A DNA stretch of 64,000 bases from Octopus vulgaris (taxonomy: Eukaryota), in assembly GCA_951406725.2 (NCBI GenBank), contig OX597815.1:25792001-25856000 (forward strand). The letters run 5' to 3'. Shown in pieces: positions 1 through 13,087 of the stretch. The notes beneath the pieces are model-generated. The model was given only the letters and a program-made list of their open reading frames with translations, did no database searches and was not told the origin of the DNA. Each line of letters starts with the position of its first letter. The first letter of the stretch is position 1. The translations under genes were made by a program, and so were the position numbers.

Positions 1-140
1 GTGAATATATTCTTTCTTAGCCAGGACTGGGCAGCTAGAGACAATATAATTTATTGTTTATTCTCCATCTCCACATATACTGCAGTTACTTGCATTTCTT
101 TTCTTTACATGTTTTTGGGTAATTTCTGGTGGAAAGGCTT
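1..140 (-). mobile_element. Fragment of RLE-type (R4/Dong-like) non-LTR retrotransposon, zinc-knuckle region
   Basis: Minus strand reads SLSTRNY/QKHVKKRNASNCSICGDGE*TINYIVSSCPVLAKKEYIH (one frameshift, one stop). This is a decayed CxxC-x7-H-x4-C knuckle typical of RLE LINEs. The 5' junction abuts (ATT)n at 154-193. Confidence 0.7.
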
Positions 141-153
141 AGATTTTGTATTA

Positions 154-194
<41 letters not shown>

Positions 195-195
195 A

Positions 196-311
196 GTGGT
201 GAGCTGGAAGAATCGTTAGCACGCTGGACGAAATGCTTAGCGGTATTTCGCCCGTCACTGCGTTCTCAGCTCAAATTCCGCCGGGATCGACATTGCCTTT
301 CATCCTTTCGA

Positions 312-312
<1 letters not shown>
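196..312 (+). mobile_element. tRNA-derived SINE family 1, 5' fragment
   Basis: GGTGAGCTGG...TCAAATTCCGCC...GCCTTTCATCCTTTCG matches the full copies at 13507 and 1775. Confidence 0.8.
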
Positions 313-368
<56 letters not shown>

Positions 369-372
<4 letters not shown>

Positions 373-732
373 CATAAGGGACGTTAGCCATCCGAATGTG
401 GCTAGGGACAGGGCAGGGCGGTGGGGGTGTTACTGATGCATTTAGCCCCAGGAGATCATCAACGTCACCAGGAGGGGTGGTGCCTGCCATACGTTGATAA
501 TAGGCAAACACCTTGAAACCTGGGTCCGTTCTTCGGGGAATGATCTCCCTTTGCAGGCTAGAGGACGCCGTGATGGCGTCAGCCCTCCTGGTGACGTTGA
601 TGATCGCCTGGGGCTAAATGCATCAGTAACACCCCCACCGCCCTGCCCTGTCCCTAGCCACATTCGGATGGCTAACGTCCCTTATGTTATGGAGCAGTTA
701 CTGTCTATATCTCGTTTAGAGAATTATTATTG

Positions 733-733
<1 letters not shown>
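369..733. mobile_element. Fold-back element: 108-bp inverted arms (369-476 / 583-690) plus 43-bp tail, inside (TA)n; probable PLE inverted pLTR structure
   Basis: The arms are reverse complements with one mismatch, around a 106-nt spacer. The right copy extends 691-733 to the next (TA)n, and (TA)n lies on both sides. Confidence 0.75.
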
Positions 734-779
<46 letters not shown>

Positions 780-974
780 GTATGCAATATCTTACCAAAA
801 AGGAAAACTATAGTTGTCACGAAATATGACTAGGGTGTTAGAAACATCTACATTGCTAGAAATAAGAGCTAAAGTGCTCTAATGCTGTAGTCAAAGCACG
901 TAGATGTATGCTATGTAACCTGTAGTCTAAATTACGCAAAAATGAAAATAACACTGACATCACATTTTGATAGG

Positions 975-1770
975 TATATTTACCAAAATTACATAAAAAT
1001 ATCTTGAAATACTAAAGAGTAAATGTATTCAATAAAATCGTTATTGGCTTCAAATACGTCCCCCAGACGACTTCGGAATCTCCTGCAATTCTTCTGGACG
1101 GTGTTTAAGTTGGTGAATGCTGTTATAATCCTTGCCTTCAGTTCATCTTTGGTGTTACAAGGAGTTTTGTTGGTCTGTCACTCAACTGCGCCCCAGACAT
1201 AATAATCAAGGGCGTTGCAGTTTGAGGTGTTAGGTAGCCAGATGTTAGGGGTGATGCGGTCGCAGAGGTTGTCTGACTGCTACGACTGGGTTCTCCTGAT
1301 TGGGTGGTATGGTGCAGGGTCCTGTTGCCAGACGTAGAGTCCTCCAGCAGCCACTCTCTTGACTCGGAGCAGCACTACATGCTCCAAGCACTTGATGTTG
1401 GCCTCCCGGGCTGAATCAGAGGCCGTGTGGTAAGATGAATGGAGGCGTAACGTCGTCATCACTAGTGATCACTCCAAACACCGTGATGACTGGGAGTTTG
1501 GTTTTTATCATTCTCGGTACTTGTCCTCAGATTGACATCCAAATACTCTGAAATGTTCGTATTGGAGCTTTCGGTGCGAATGCCAAGCAGCACAGCATGT
1601 TGTTTCCAAATTTCTGGCAAAGTGAATTGCATCATGGTACCGTTTTTCTCACAGACGGTACCCAACTGACCCTACTATGCTGTGTAGTTGGCAAGATCAA
1701 AAAGAAACAATACGCATGCGCGAAATAAAAAATATAAAATGGCGACAATTTACCCATTGCAGCTTGTATA
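975..1770 (-). mobile_element. Internally deleted Tc1/mariner transposon, maT (DD37D) type, pseudogenised transposase
   Basis: Minus strand LYVWQQD-PAPYHPIRRTQS*QSDNLCDRITPNIWLPNTSNCNAL-DYYVWGAVE has 37 residues between the last two Asp. The N-terminal MMQFTLPEIWKQHAVLLGIR is joined to the catalytic region by a deletion. Stops are present. Confidence 0.85.
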
Positions 1771-1774
1771 TATA

Positions 1775-2001
1775 TCTTTATTACCCACAAGGGACTAAAC
1801 ACAGAGGGGACAAACAAGGACAGACAAACGGATTAAGTCGATTACATCAACCCCAGTGCGTAACTAGTACTTAATTTATCGACCCCGAAAGGATGAAAGG
1901 CAAAGTCGACCTCGGCGGAATTTGAACTCAGAACGTAGCGGCAGACGAAATACGGCTACGCATTTCGCCCGGCGTGCTAACGATTCTGCCAGCTCACCGC
2001 C
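1775..2001 (-). mobile_element. SINE family 1, full length
   Basis: tRNA-like head (GGCGGTGAGCTGG; B-box GAGTTCAAATTCC), central GCCTTTCATCCTTTCGGGGTCGATAAATTAAGTAC (resembles the Meta-SINE domain), tail ..CCCTTGTGGGTAATAAAGA. A ~20-bp direct repeat ATTGCAGCYTGTATATRTAT lies at 1756 and 2006. Confidence 0.9.
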
Positions 2002-2029
2002 TTTAATTGCAGCCTGTATATGTATGCGT

Positions 2030-2070
<41 letters not shown>

Positions 2071-3307
2071 TAAGGGTAGAAATTGATATTAATTAATTAA
2101 AACCAGTGGCCTAGCATATTTTTTTTTTAAATCCGAAGATTTATATATGCATAGAGGTTTCCTTATTGGTTTGTCATAAACATTAAACGACAATAAAGGA
2201 TGGCACAACAGAAACTCTAACATTCTCTCCTCAACTGCTGTATCACGTCCTTTGACGGAGAACAACGGTGTCTTGTCCTCTGTATCATCTGAGCAGGGTA
2301 GGCTGAGCTATTGAAACACATGCTAATCAACTAATATACTGTTTACAATAGAGGACTGTTCTCCACCATTGGGTCTTCTTTCAGTCAAGTCAACTGTTCT
2401 GTTGTTAATTGACTGTTGTCAGTGGTCCATTCAGCGCAGGTGCCAGAGCACACACACCACCGAACTTTTCTTTGGCTCATCAGCTGATAAACTGCAGTGA
2501 ATTTTTCCGAAGAGATAAGACTCCAAGGTTCGATGTTCATGCATTTCTCTAGATAGAATATTAGCAATGAGAATGAACAGAAGGATTGAGAGAGGAAAAT
2601 AGGAAAAAAAGTAGAGGAGGAGGAAAAAAACGAAAAAGCAGAAATGCGAAGAGAAATAGTTTACAATCTGAAATCGAAATCCATTACCAAATGTAGCTCG
2701 CAGCTTAAATTTAAATAACTTTATAGTAGTACTGATTCTGGAAGTGGATCTCCGTCGTGCGACGACGAGAATTGAATTATTCAATCAGCTAAATTACTTC
2801 CTTCTGAATTAACATGTAAGTAGCTGAGCATTCCATAGACACGTGGACTCTTTATGTAACTTTTAGGTAGAATCAGCGTGAAGGAGGTTCCCTTTCAACT
2901 AAAGGTACATACCATTTGGGGGACCTCTATGGTTTTTGCCAACCAAATTTCACTCAAATAGTTTAAGGATCGACTCAAGGCTGTAGAAAATAACATTTGG
3001 CCAAGATGGTACGCAGTGGGACCGAGCTCGGGACTTCGTGGTTGCGAAACGAACGTCTCAGTCATTCAGCCATACTGTCCCTTATACACTGGTTCTATTA
3101 TGAAATATGAATAAATGAATATTATACATTATTATTTTTATTTGTTTAGCGGCGAGCTGGCAGAATCGTTAACACACCAGGAAAAATGCTTAGCGTTCTG
3201 AGTTCAAATTCCGCCGGGGTCTGTTCTACTCCTCATTCTTTCAGAATCGATAAAATAAGCACACACACACACACAAACACACCTGCATATATATATATGT
3301 ATTATAA

Positions 3308-3440
3308 AGGCTGAAGCGTGGCTGTGATTACAAGTTTGCTACCCAACCACATGGTTCCCGATTCAGTCATGTTGCACGGGATCTTGAGCATATGGCTTCT
3401 ACTATAGCCTATTTGGTAGACGGAAACAGAAAGAAACCCG

Positions 3441-3511
<71 letters not shown>

Positions 3512-3815
3512 GTCTGTCTGTCTGTCTGTCCGTTTATCTATGTGCTTGTGTGTGTGTGTGTATGTGTATTTGTTTGTATGAATATGTGTGTGTGTGTGTG
3601 CGTGTCTCCATGTGTATATGCTTGTTCTCTTGTTCTTCACCATCACTTAACAAGTGTTAGTTTTTTAACGCTCCGTAAACTCAGCGGTTCGGCAAAGAAA
3701 GCAATAGGGCAAGTACCAGGTTTAAAACTAAGTACTGAGATCGATTTATTCGAATAAGCCCTTTAAAATGGTGTCCCAGCATGGCCACAGTCCAATGACT
3801 GCCAGAAGTAAAAGA
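3308..3815 (+). mobile_element. SINE family 2 (tRNA head, internal microsatellite, CR1-like tail), diverged
   Basis: CCACATGGTTCC...TTCAGTC, GGTAGACGGAAAC, internal (TCTA)n/(TG)n, tail CCAGCATGGCCACAGTCCAATGACTG. Confidence 0.8.
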
Positions 3816-3909
3816 AAATACATACATCACGCACAAACACACAGACACACACACACATATATACATACACATAATTACACACCACGCACGCACACACACA
3901 CACATTCTT

Positions 3910-4055
3910 ATTCAGATTCCGTCTACCAAATCCACTCTCAAATGTTTGGCCGACCAGGGGCTTTAGTGCAAGACACTTACCCAAGAAGCCGTACAGTGTG
4001 ACTGAACGCAAGACCACATCGTTGGGAAACAAGCTTCTTACCTACACTGTCACAC
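3910..4055 (-). mobile_element. SINE family 2, 5' half
   Basis: TTCCGTCTACCAAATCCACTC...AAGACACTT, the reverse complement of the family 2 head. Confidence 0.7.
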
Positions 4056-4160
4056 TTTAACTTGTCTAAAATTTAAAAATTAACACCCTTACCTCCACGA
4101 AAAAAAAACAACCTATCTGCTTTTTCTTTTAAAGACTACAATCTTTATGAAATGTCATAA

Positions 4161-4558
4161 GGCGGCGAGCTGGCAGAAACGTTAGCACACCGGCCGAAAT
4201 GCTTAGTGACATTCCGTCTGTCGCTATGTTCTGAGTTCAAATTCCACCGAGGTCGACTTTGCCTTTCATCCTTTCGGGGTCGATTAAATAAGTACCAGTT
4301 ACGCACTGAGGTCGATATAATCGACTTAATCCGTTTGTCTGTCCTTGTTTGTCCTCTCTGTGTTTAGCCCTTTGTGGGTAGTAAAGAAATAGGTATTTCG
4401 CCTGCCGCTATGTTCTGAGTTCAAATTCCGCCGAGGTCGACTTTGCCTTTCATCCTTTCGGGGTCGATAAATTAAGTACCAGTTACGTACTGGGGTCGAT
4501 CTAATCGACTGGCCCCCCTCACCCCAAATTTCAGGCCTTGTGCCTAGAGTAGAAAAGA
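4161..4558 (+). mobile_element. SINE family 1 head-to-tail dimer with 14-bp target-site duplication
   Basis: Unit 1 spans 4161-4391. Unit 2 restarts at GGTATTTCG and ends with the alternative tail GGCCTTGTGCCTAGAGTAGAAAAGA. TTATGAAATGTCAT is duplicated at 4145 and 4559. Confidence 0.9.
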
Positions 4559-4622
4559 TTATGAAATGTCATTGAGAAGATGACTATGGTTGATCTTCTC
4601 TATCATCTATCAGAGTATGTCC

Positions 4623-4656
<34 letters not shown>

Positions 4657-5965
4657 AGAAAGATGAAAAGATTAGAAGTCATAGGTTTATGGTAATCAGC
4701 ATGGAAATAAACCCTGGTCTTGTTAATGTAAATGCCGTTTGAATTGAAGGGACAAGAGACAAGATCTCTTCTAAGTTGACACTTCGTTAGACTATTTACC
4801 TCGTATAATCTCGGCAATCCCTGCATCTGAAAGGTTTCAAGTGCAGCACTTGTCGCCGACTAATATTAAAACGGGATTTAATAAGCCAACCGCTGATAAC
4901 GCTGACAAGAAACAGCAGCGGTGATGATGATAGTGATGATGTTGATGATGATGGAAACGAGGAATATGAATAATAATAACAACAACAACAACAACGATAT
5001 CTACAACTACTACAGGACCAATATCTCCACAGATATTTCTCATTGCAATCATCGTGACACATGCACCCGCTCTTACCTCCATTAATCACGACTGCTACTG
5101 TGAATGTAAATGTGTGAATGTACGTGCGTGTCTGTGTGTACCTATATATATGTGTATGTATACATACATACATACATACATACATACATACATACACACA
5201 TACATACATACATACATACATACATAGATAGATAGATAGGGTATATATGTATATATATTCATACACACACACATATATATATATACACATACATATATCA
5301 TATATACTCGAGTAATAGTCGATATTGTGTAAAAGCCGATCCCCGATTTTCCATAGACCCCATATAAAAGTCAACCCTAGTATTTCACAAACAATAGGAT
5401 AACATTTGTGGGCCAAGGTACGTAGAAATAAAACGATAACAAAATTATGTGGCTACCTTACTGTAGCCTGCGCTATAGGTGGAATGATTAGTGCTTATAA
5501 AAGAATGTTCGGTGCTTATATTAAAACACCATTTAATAGCGAGCACTACACATCTGTTGATGAGTGCTACATTACCATTACTAAAATGTATGCACAGGAT
5601 ATGCTGCAAGCCTGCATACATCTTGAAGCACAATAAACACATACGTCATACACTCGTTGTCTACCTGGCGAGAAACGTGTTTCACAGACAGCACTATTGG
5701 CTAATGCTGGCAAACATCACTGTCTGAATTTGGTAAGTCTAAAAACATTCGATTAGTCGCTAGATCAGTGGTTCCCACGCGACCATTAAATTTTCTTCAT
5801 CTCCAAATACTATAAACACATGCACCATACGCTCGTCTGTTTACATGGTGAGAAAGGTGTTTCACAGACAGCACTATTGGTGAACAACAGCAAACACCAC
5901 TGTATGAATTCGTACAGAGGCATGACTTCAATAAGCCTAAAAACATTTAGTTAATTGCTAGATCA

Positions 5966-6082
5966 GTGGTTCCTAAACTTTTTTTAATCGCAGAATCCTT
6001 CGACATTATTTGTAAAAGCGTGGATTCACTGATAACTTTCAGGGAAGCCTGAGGTTTGCAGAACACATTTTGCCAATCCCTG
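5966..6082. mobile_element. Possible hAT/Charlie-type MITE relic
   Basis: Begins CAGTGGTTCCTAAACTTTTT and ends ..GCCAATCCCTG; termini are degenerate. Confidence 0.35.
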
Positions 6083-7519
6083 CTCCAGATTAACAACTCA
6101 ACACCACATTATGGACATTTACTGGTAACTGTACACAAGAGCTACGCAGTCTTGTCTACGGGTTTTGTTATTTATTAAGACACATGTTTTGATGCATAGA
6201 ATTGGTAATATTACTGTAATTCATTGTTTTTGTTTTTATTCACTTAGACATCAGTTGGGCTTTTGCTGCTGATACAGTACTTCGGATTCTATCTTGAATT
6301 TCAGTACATTTTTTCTTGTGCATGAGCGTATATAGATGTGTGTATGAATCATGTTTTGGGGCGCGCGCGTGTGTGTATATATAGACGTGAGCGGGTATGT
6401 GCGTATATTAGACGTGTGTGTGCGTGCATACGAGTATGTGCGTATATAGACGTGTGTATGACCCATTTTTGTGCGTGTGTGTGTGCGAGTGTGTATGTGA
6501 GTATGTATATATTTTTTGGCGAATGTGTGTGTTTCAAGTGAGGGTGGATGAGTATATACATATAGGCGCGTGTACGTGGGTGTGCGGGCGCGCATGTGTA
6601 TGTATGGACATGCGCGCTTACGTGATTACTATCAACATTTTTACTCCATTACCTTTACTCCCTTCCCTTACTTAGCGGTCATTCTAATAGCTCTTTTGTC
6701 TACACAGTAATTTCCCTTTGTTTTAACGGTCATTTTCAAAGCATTTTTTCGATGGCCCGATAACTGAAGAGATGACGGCTTGGTTTCCGCCGCGACATCC
6801 GAAACTCGGAGTTTTATCATGGCTACCGAATAATTGTCACATATTATATTTACAGATAAATTCCTCAATTTAAATAATATCGGGGTCTCTTTCATTCTTT
6901 TATTGTCTTGCTATTTCTATCTATATATATATTATATATATATTTATATATATTTATATATATATATTATATACATATTCATATATATGTATATGCATAT
7001 ATGTATATATATATTATATACATATTCATATATATATATATTTATGTGTGTTTATATATATATATATATATATACATATTTATGTGTGTGTGTGTGTGTG
7101 TACATGTATGTGTGTTTGTGTTCGTGTGTGTGTGTGTGTGCACAAACACTCATGCAAACATAGGACCATATATACATAAACAGAAGCAAACGAACCGTAT
7201 GAAAACATTTCGATGTTCGGTGAAAAAACGTTACACTCATATTTGACGACAGCTGTCAAGATGGCGCAAATTAGCTTCGATTCTGCTCATTGTTGTCAAT
7301 GACAATGACGTCATAAATGTTTCAGGGTCGCTAACACTCCTGTTGTTTCCGGCCAATATCCAGTTGACAAAGGCTACAGCGACTGCTTCGGTAAACCGAG
7401 CCGAACGCTGTTGTTCTTTGATTCTTTGATTCAGCACTTGACTCTCAGAAAGATTGAGTAACTGACTGACTGACTGGCTGAGTGTGTGGCTGGAATGAGA
7501 CAGACTGGGAAGAAGAAAC

Positions 7520-7582
<63 letters not shown>

Positions 7583-7645
7583 AAATGGCACTCACACATA
7601 CACACATTTATACATAAGCAAATCTCAAGTATAGAACTGAAGGTG

Positions 7646-8280
<635 letters not shown>

Positions 8281-8559
8281 GTGTATAAAAGAGAGACGGA
8301 AAATGGCAGGAAGCAGACAAAGAAAAAGACTGGGACACAAGGAGAAAAAGACTGAGGTGCAAGACAGGAACCGCAGTGAGACAAAGAAGCAGTCATCTCT
8401 ATATGAGAAACACACATATACACACAGACAAGAAAAGATATGACAGGAACCAGAGATATTGGAGGGAAACATATGCAATTCATATAATAGACATCATAGC
8501 ACACATTCACACACATACATACATTCATATATCTGTACTTTGTTATTCTTTTATTCTTT

Positions 8560-8950
8560 CACTTGTTTTAGTCATTTGACTGCAGCCATGCTGGAGCATC
8601 GCCTTAAAGGGTTTTAGTGAAAGAAATCGCTCCCCTGGGCTTATTCTTTGTAAGCCCAGTACTTATTCTATCGGTCTCTTTTGCTGAACCGCTAAGTGAC
8701 GTGGACATATACACATCAGCATCGGTTGTCAAGCGATGGCATGGGGACAATCACAGATACACATATAATTATAATCAAATATATATACGATGGGCTTCTT
8801 TCAGTTTCCGTCTACCAAATCCACTCATAAGACTTTGGTCGACCCGAAGCTATAGTAAAAGACAATTGTCCAAGGTGCCACGCAGTGGGACTGAAGCCGG
8901 AAACATGTGGTTGGGAAACAAGTTTCTTACCAAATAACTACACCTGCCCC
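8560..8950 (-). mobile_element. SINE family 2, near full length
   Basis: Reverse complement of head (GGGCAGGTGTAG..CCACATG..CAGTCCCACTGCGTGGCACCTTGG) through tail (GCTCCAGCATGGCTGCAGTCAAATGACTAAAAC). Confidence 0.85.
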
Positions 8951-8986
<36 letters not shown>

Positions 8987-9274
8987 ATGGGCGGGCAAAC
9001 ACACATATGTATATATGTATGTATACACATATATATATGCAAGGCTCGCAAATAGCGAGTAGAGCCGTCCGTGCAGAGTTGTATCGAAGAGATTAGAAAA
9101 GACCGCTTCGAAGACTTCAAAGACGATGGGAAAACAACATGGTCAAAAATTTCAGGCCCAAATTGAAGAGAGGAATCAATCAAGAGAAAACTGGAAGTGT
9201 ATTGTAACCAGCGATTTATTAGGACATCTGATTGTTTAGTCAATTGAGGATTATATATTAACGATACGTATATA

Positions 9275-10362
9275 TTGGGTTGGCAACTAAGTTCCCGCCG
9301 ATTTTTAAAATTTAAATTTTTTAAAAGGTTTAATAAAAAAAATAGCAACTAATTAATCAGTAATGAATTCACCCTTGTTTACAACTTCTTCCCAATGTTC
9401 AACAAGATTTTCAATACCTCGTTGGTAGAAATCACCCGATTTCTACTCGAAAAATTGATCCAACCAAGCTCTCAATTCTTGCATCAGTATTGAATGAAAC
9501 TCTGTGCATAGCATTTGAAAGAGATCAAAAGAAGTGGAAATCCGTAGGTGCCAAATCAGGAGAGTACAGCGGGTGTGGCAGCACTTCCTAGCCATGCGTT
9601 TGAATGGCTTCCTTGGTCATATTGGTGATATGAGGGCAGGCGTTGTCATGCAGCAGAAGAACTCCATGCTGCCGATTAGGTCTTTTCTCTTGAATAGTCG
9701 TGTTAAGTCGTTCCATTTGTTGAACATAGAGTTCCGCGTTGATCGTTTGGTTCCGTTCAAGTAATTCGTAATGGATAATTCATTCCCAGTCCCACCAAAC
9801 GCACAACATCGTTGTGACGAGCAAGCAAACGAGCGGAGGTTGTGGCTCGTTGATTTTTGTTGTTGTCACTTGAAGCATGCGGAACCCATGCTTCATACTT
9901 CTGAACCTTTCCCATCGAGTGAAGATGCTTCTCTATAACAGTGTGGGGGCATTCCATTTTCTCTGCCAATTCCCTTGTCGTTTGATGAGAATTTTCGCTC
10001 AAAAGTTGGTTAATCGCTCTTCATCGAAGTCAACTGGACGGCCAGAACGAGGTGCGTCTTTGAGGTCAAAATTTCAATTTTTGAACTTGGCATACCAATC
10101 ACAAGAAGTTCTTTCAGTTATAGTACCCTCTCCATACACAGCACAAATGTCGCGAGCAGCTTTTGCGGCCTTAGAACCTTGATTAAAAGCAAAAAGAAGG
10201 AGGTGTCGAAAATGCTCGTTTTTCTTGACTTGAAATTCCATTTTAATATAAAAAAATTAACTAAAATTAACTAGAGAAAAAACAAAATAGATTCCAAAAT
10301 TCAAAAGCGCAATAAATTCTAAAATTAAAAAAAAAACTGCGGGAACTTAGTTGCCAACGCAA
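9275..10362 (-). mobile_element. Mariner transposon (DD34D) with both TIRs, internally deleted
   Basis: TIRs TTGGGTTGGCAACTAAGTTCCCGC (9275) and GCGGGAACTTAGTTGCCAACGCAA (ends 10362), with TA on the left side. Confidence 0.92.
9355..10241 (-). pseudogene. Mariner transposase pseudogene
   Basis: MEFQVKKNEHFRHLLLFAFNQGSKAAKAARDICAVYGEG..., WVPHA (WVPHEL motif), and LHD-NACPHITNMTKEAIQTHG*EVLPHPLYSPDLAPT-D (34-residue spacer, YSPDLAP motif). The first-Asp region is deleted; stops and frameshifts are present. Confidence 0.88.
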
Positions 10363-10387
10363 TTGATAAGTCTATGTGTGTGTGTGG

Positions 10388-10419
<32 letters not shown>

Positions 10420-10429
10420 TACATGTGCA

Positions 10430-10469
<40 letters not shown>

Positions 10470-10471
<2 letters not shown>

Positions 10472-10680
10472 ACGGGAAGCTTTATGAAAATAAACAAAAG
10501 ACGAAGGCAGGTGGAATACAAACAAACAATTGTATTAGTATGGCGCTCAGGAATATAAGTAAAACAAGTCTTTTACGTTTCGAGCCTACGCTCTTCAACA
10601 GAAAGATACACAGAAAAGAAACACGGAGAGAAACAAGGAGAGAAAAAAATGCGTGCAGAAGCTAGCGAATCAACATGCTA
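10470..10680 (-). mobile_element. Solo PLE 3'-terminal (pLTR) fragment with hammerhead-like motif at 10569-10606
   Basis: Near-identical to the 3' end of the PLE at 28810-29020 (..CATAAAGCTTCCCGTTA), with (TA)n on both sides. Confidence 0.85.
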
Positions 10681-11704
10681 TATATATATATATATATATA
10701 CATACACACATGTGCATGTATACGTATGTATCTGTGTATATTTGTCTGCATGTGTGTTTGTTTATGTTTTTTAGTGCGTATGTGTGGGTGGGCGCGCACG
10801 TGTATGTCAAATCAGAGATCTGGCAACCAGAGACCTGCTAATGCTAACCGAGCCAACCAGTAAAACCACTGCATGATCGGGCAATTAGTGATTAAACAAA
10901 GTAACTGCCACTCGTACATCTTCCTTTAGAAATACAGCAATATTAACCGACAAGATCTGGCAATTATAAGAAAGATTTTCAGGCTACAACATTAAATGGA
11001 AAATTCTCGACAGGTCCTAACCCTTAAAAAACACGTAAAATATATAACCTGGGTGGAACAAAGAAAAAGAAAATCATCAAAAGCTTTTATAAACACGACA
11101 TCTATTCAAAAAGTAGATCAAAAATTTCCAGGAAATACAGCGACTTCGACGAGTATATATTACGAAACTGCTTAACACCATCTTCACCGAACCAAAAACG
11201 CACCAATACACGGACATCTGAAACTGTTTCACTTTGGACTTCCTTCATCTTTAGGTATCTTTTCTCTTCCACCTTTACTCTTTCTTTCATTTCCCTACCT
11301 TATTTTCTTTTCAGACATCAAATGTCCCTTCCTCTATCCTCCTATCATGTTCGTACCTGTATCGATCATATATTCCACATAACATATTTCTTCTCCAACG
11401 ATTTACAATAAAAAAAGAAAATGTATTTTTCCCCCACTAAAATTCCAAAGTTAATTCTCAAGAAAGTATTTGCCGAAACGAAAGCGTCAGCGTTTATACA
11501 TACAAGTTCCCCGACTATATTCTTCACAGGATCTTTGAACATATAGAGCCACAGGGCCTGCATAGTTAGACATCATTGGTACCTCCCGGTAGTTTTATTT
11601 TAATTACTTCATAAATAAAAATACATTTCACGACATACCCTAAATGTTTGTATCGTGTTTTATATATGTTCTTGATATATTTATATCTTATTCATCAAAC
11701 ATGA

Positions 11705-11812
<108 letters not shown>

Positions 11813-11840
11813 ATTCATATATGATATATGTATATCCATG

Positions 11841-11876
<36 letters not shown>

Positions 11877-11934
11877 ATATGTATGTGATATTCATATCAT
11901 ATATACACATGCAAATCCATTCGTATATAACCAT

Positions 11935-12036
<102 letters not shown>

Positions 12037-12517
12037 GTTGTCATTAATATAGCAATTATGTTTTTTACTCTTAATTTTATTTTACCTTATTTTCACAGTT
12101 TAAATTGAGTGTTCACCCTAATTCCAGTTTATGTTTTGGGTTAATTTAGTACAAACAGACCATGAAATAATTGGAACTGACTCGAATAATTTGTGGAATA
12201 AAGTTTCCGAAAGGCTGTCATGCATCTCGCATACGTTTTCCTCGCGTGAAGCTTTAATCTCGTTGGAACAAGCGATAAAGCGCCAGGACTATTACATTAC
12301 TCGTTCCGATTTGATACTTGAAGTGTCTCTGTTTGGGTCTAGATGCAGTTAATTTTACATTTGCCGGTCCGTTAATTGGAGTTTAGCTGTGTAGTTAAGA
12401 AGCTCGCTTTCTGAACCGTGTGGTTTCGGGTTTAGTCCCACTGCGTGGCACCCTCGTCTAGAACCTAGTGAGTGAATTTGGTAGTCGGAGACTGTGCGAA
12501 AGATTGTCGTGTGTGTT

Positions 12518-12599
<82 letters not shown>

Positions 12600-13022
12600 T
12601 AACATTCAACAATATAAGGAATGGCCATATAGGACATTCGACTCACTAGAAAGAGCAGCCAAACTCAAACCGCTAAATAGTTGTAATTCTGAAATAGAAG
12701 GAGAAATAAAAACGTTTACCCCTTTCATCTCTGGACTATGCATAGTTTCGGCAAACTTAAAGAAATAAATTAATTAAATTAAATTAAATTCATTTACATC
12801 TGGCATGCCTCGTCAGCAGAGAGCCTAGGATGAGTATATGTCCACGAGGCTATTGTAAAGAAGCCTCCAGTCCATATGCTCTAAATTTTCAAAATTCTAC
12901 CGCAATCGCGCGGTCTTATCAGCAGCAAATATAAACTGCTGATTTAATTTCAAAATTAGCCCAAAAATCATTAATTAATAAATATGAGGGTAGCAAAAAA
13001 TTCTAGAATATATATATATATA

Positions 13023-13087
<65 letters not shown>

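Noticed and set aside
625-690. Twister ribozyme (TAACACC..GCCCTGTCCCTAGCC)
   Set aside because: No correctly placed GGG partner for the T1 pseudoknot and no P1/P2 closure.
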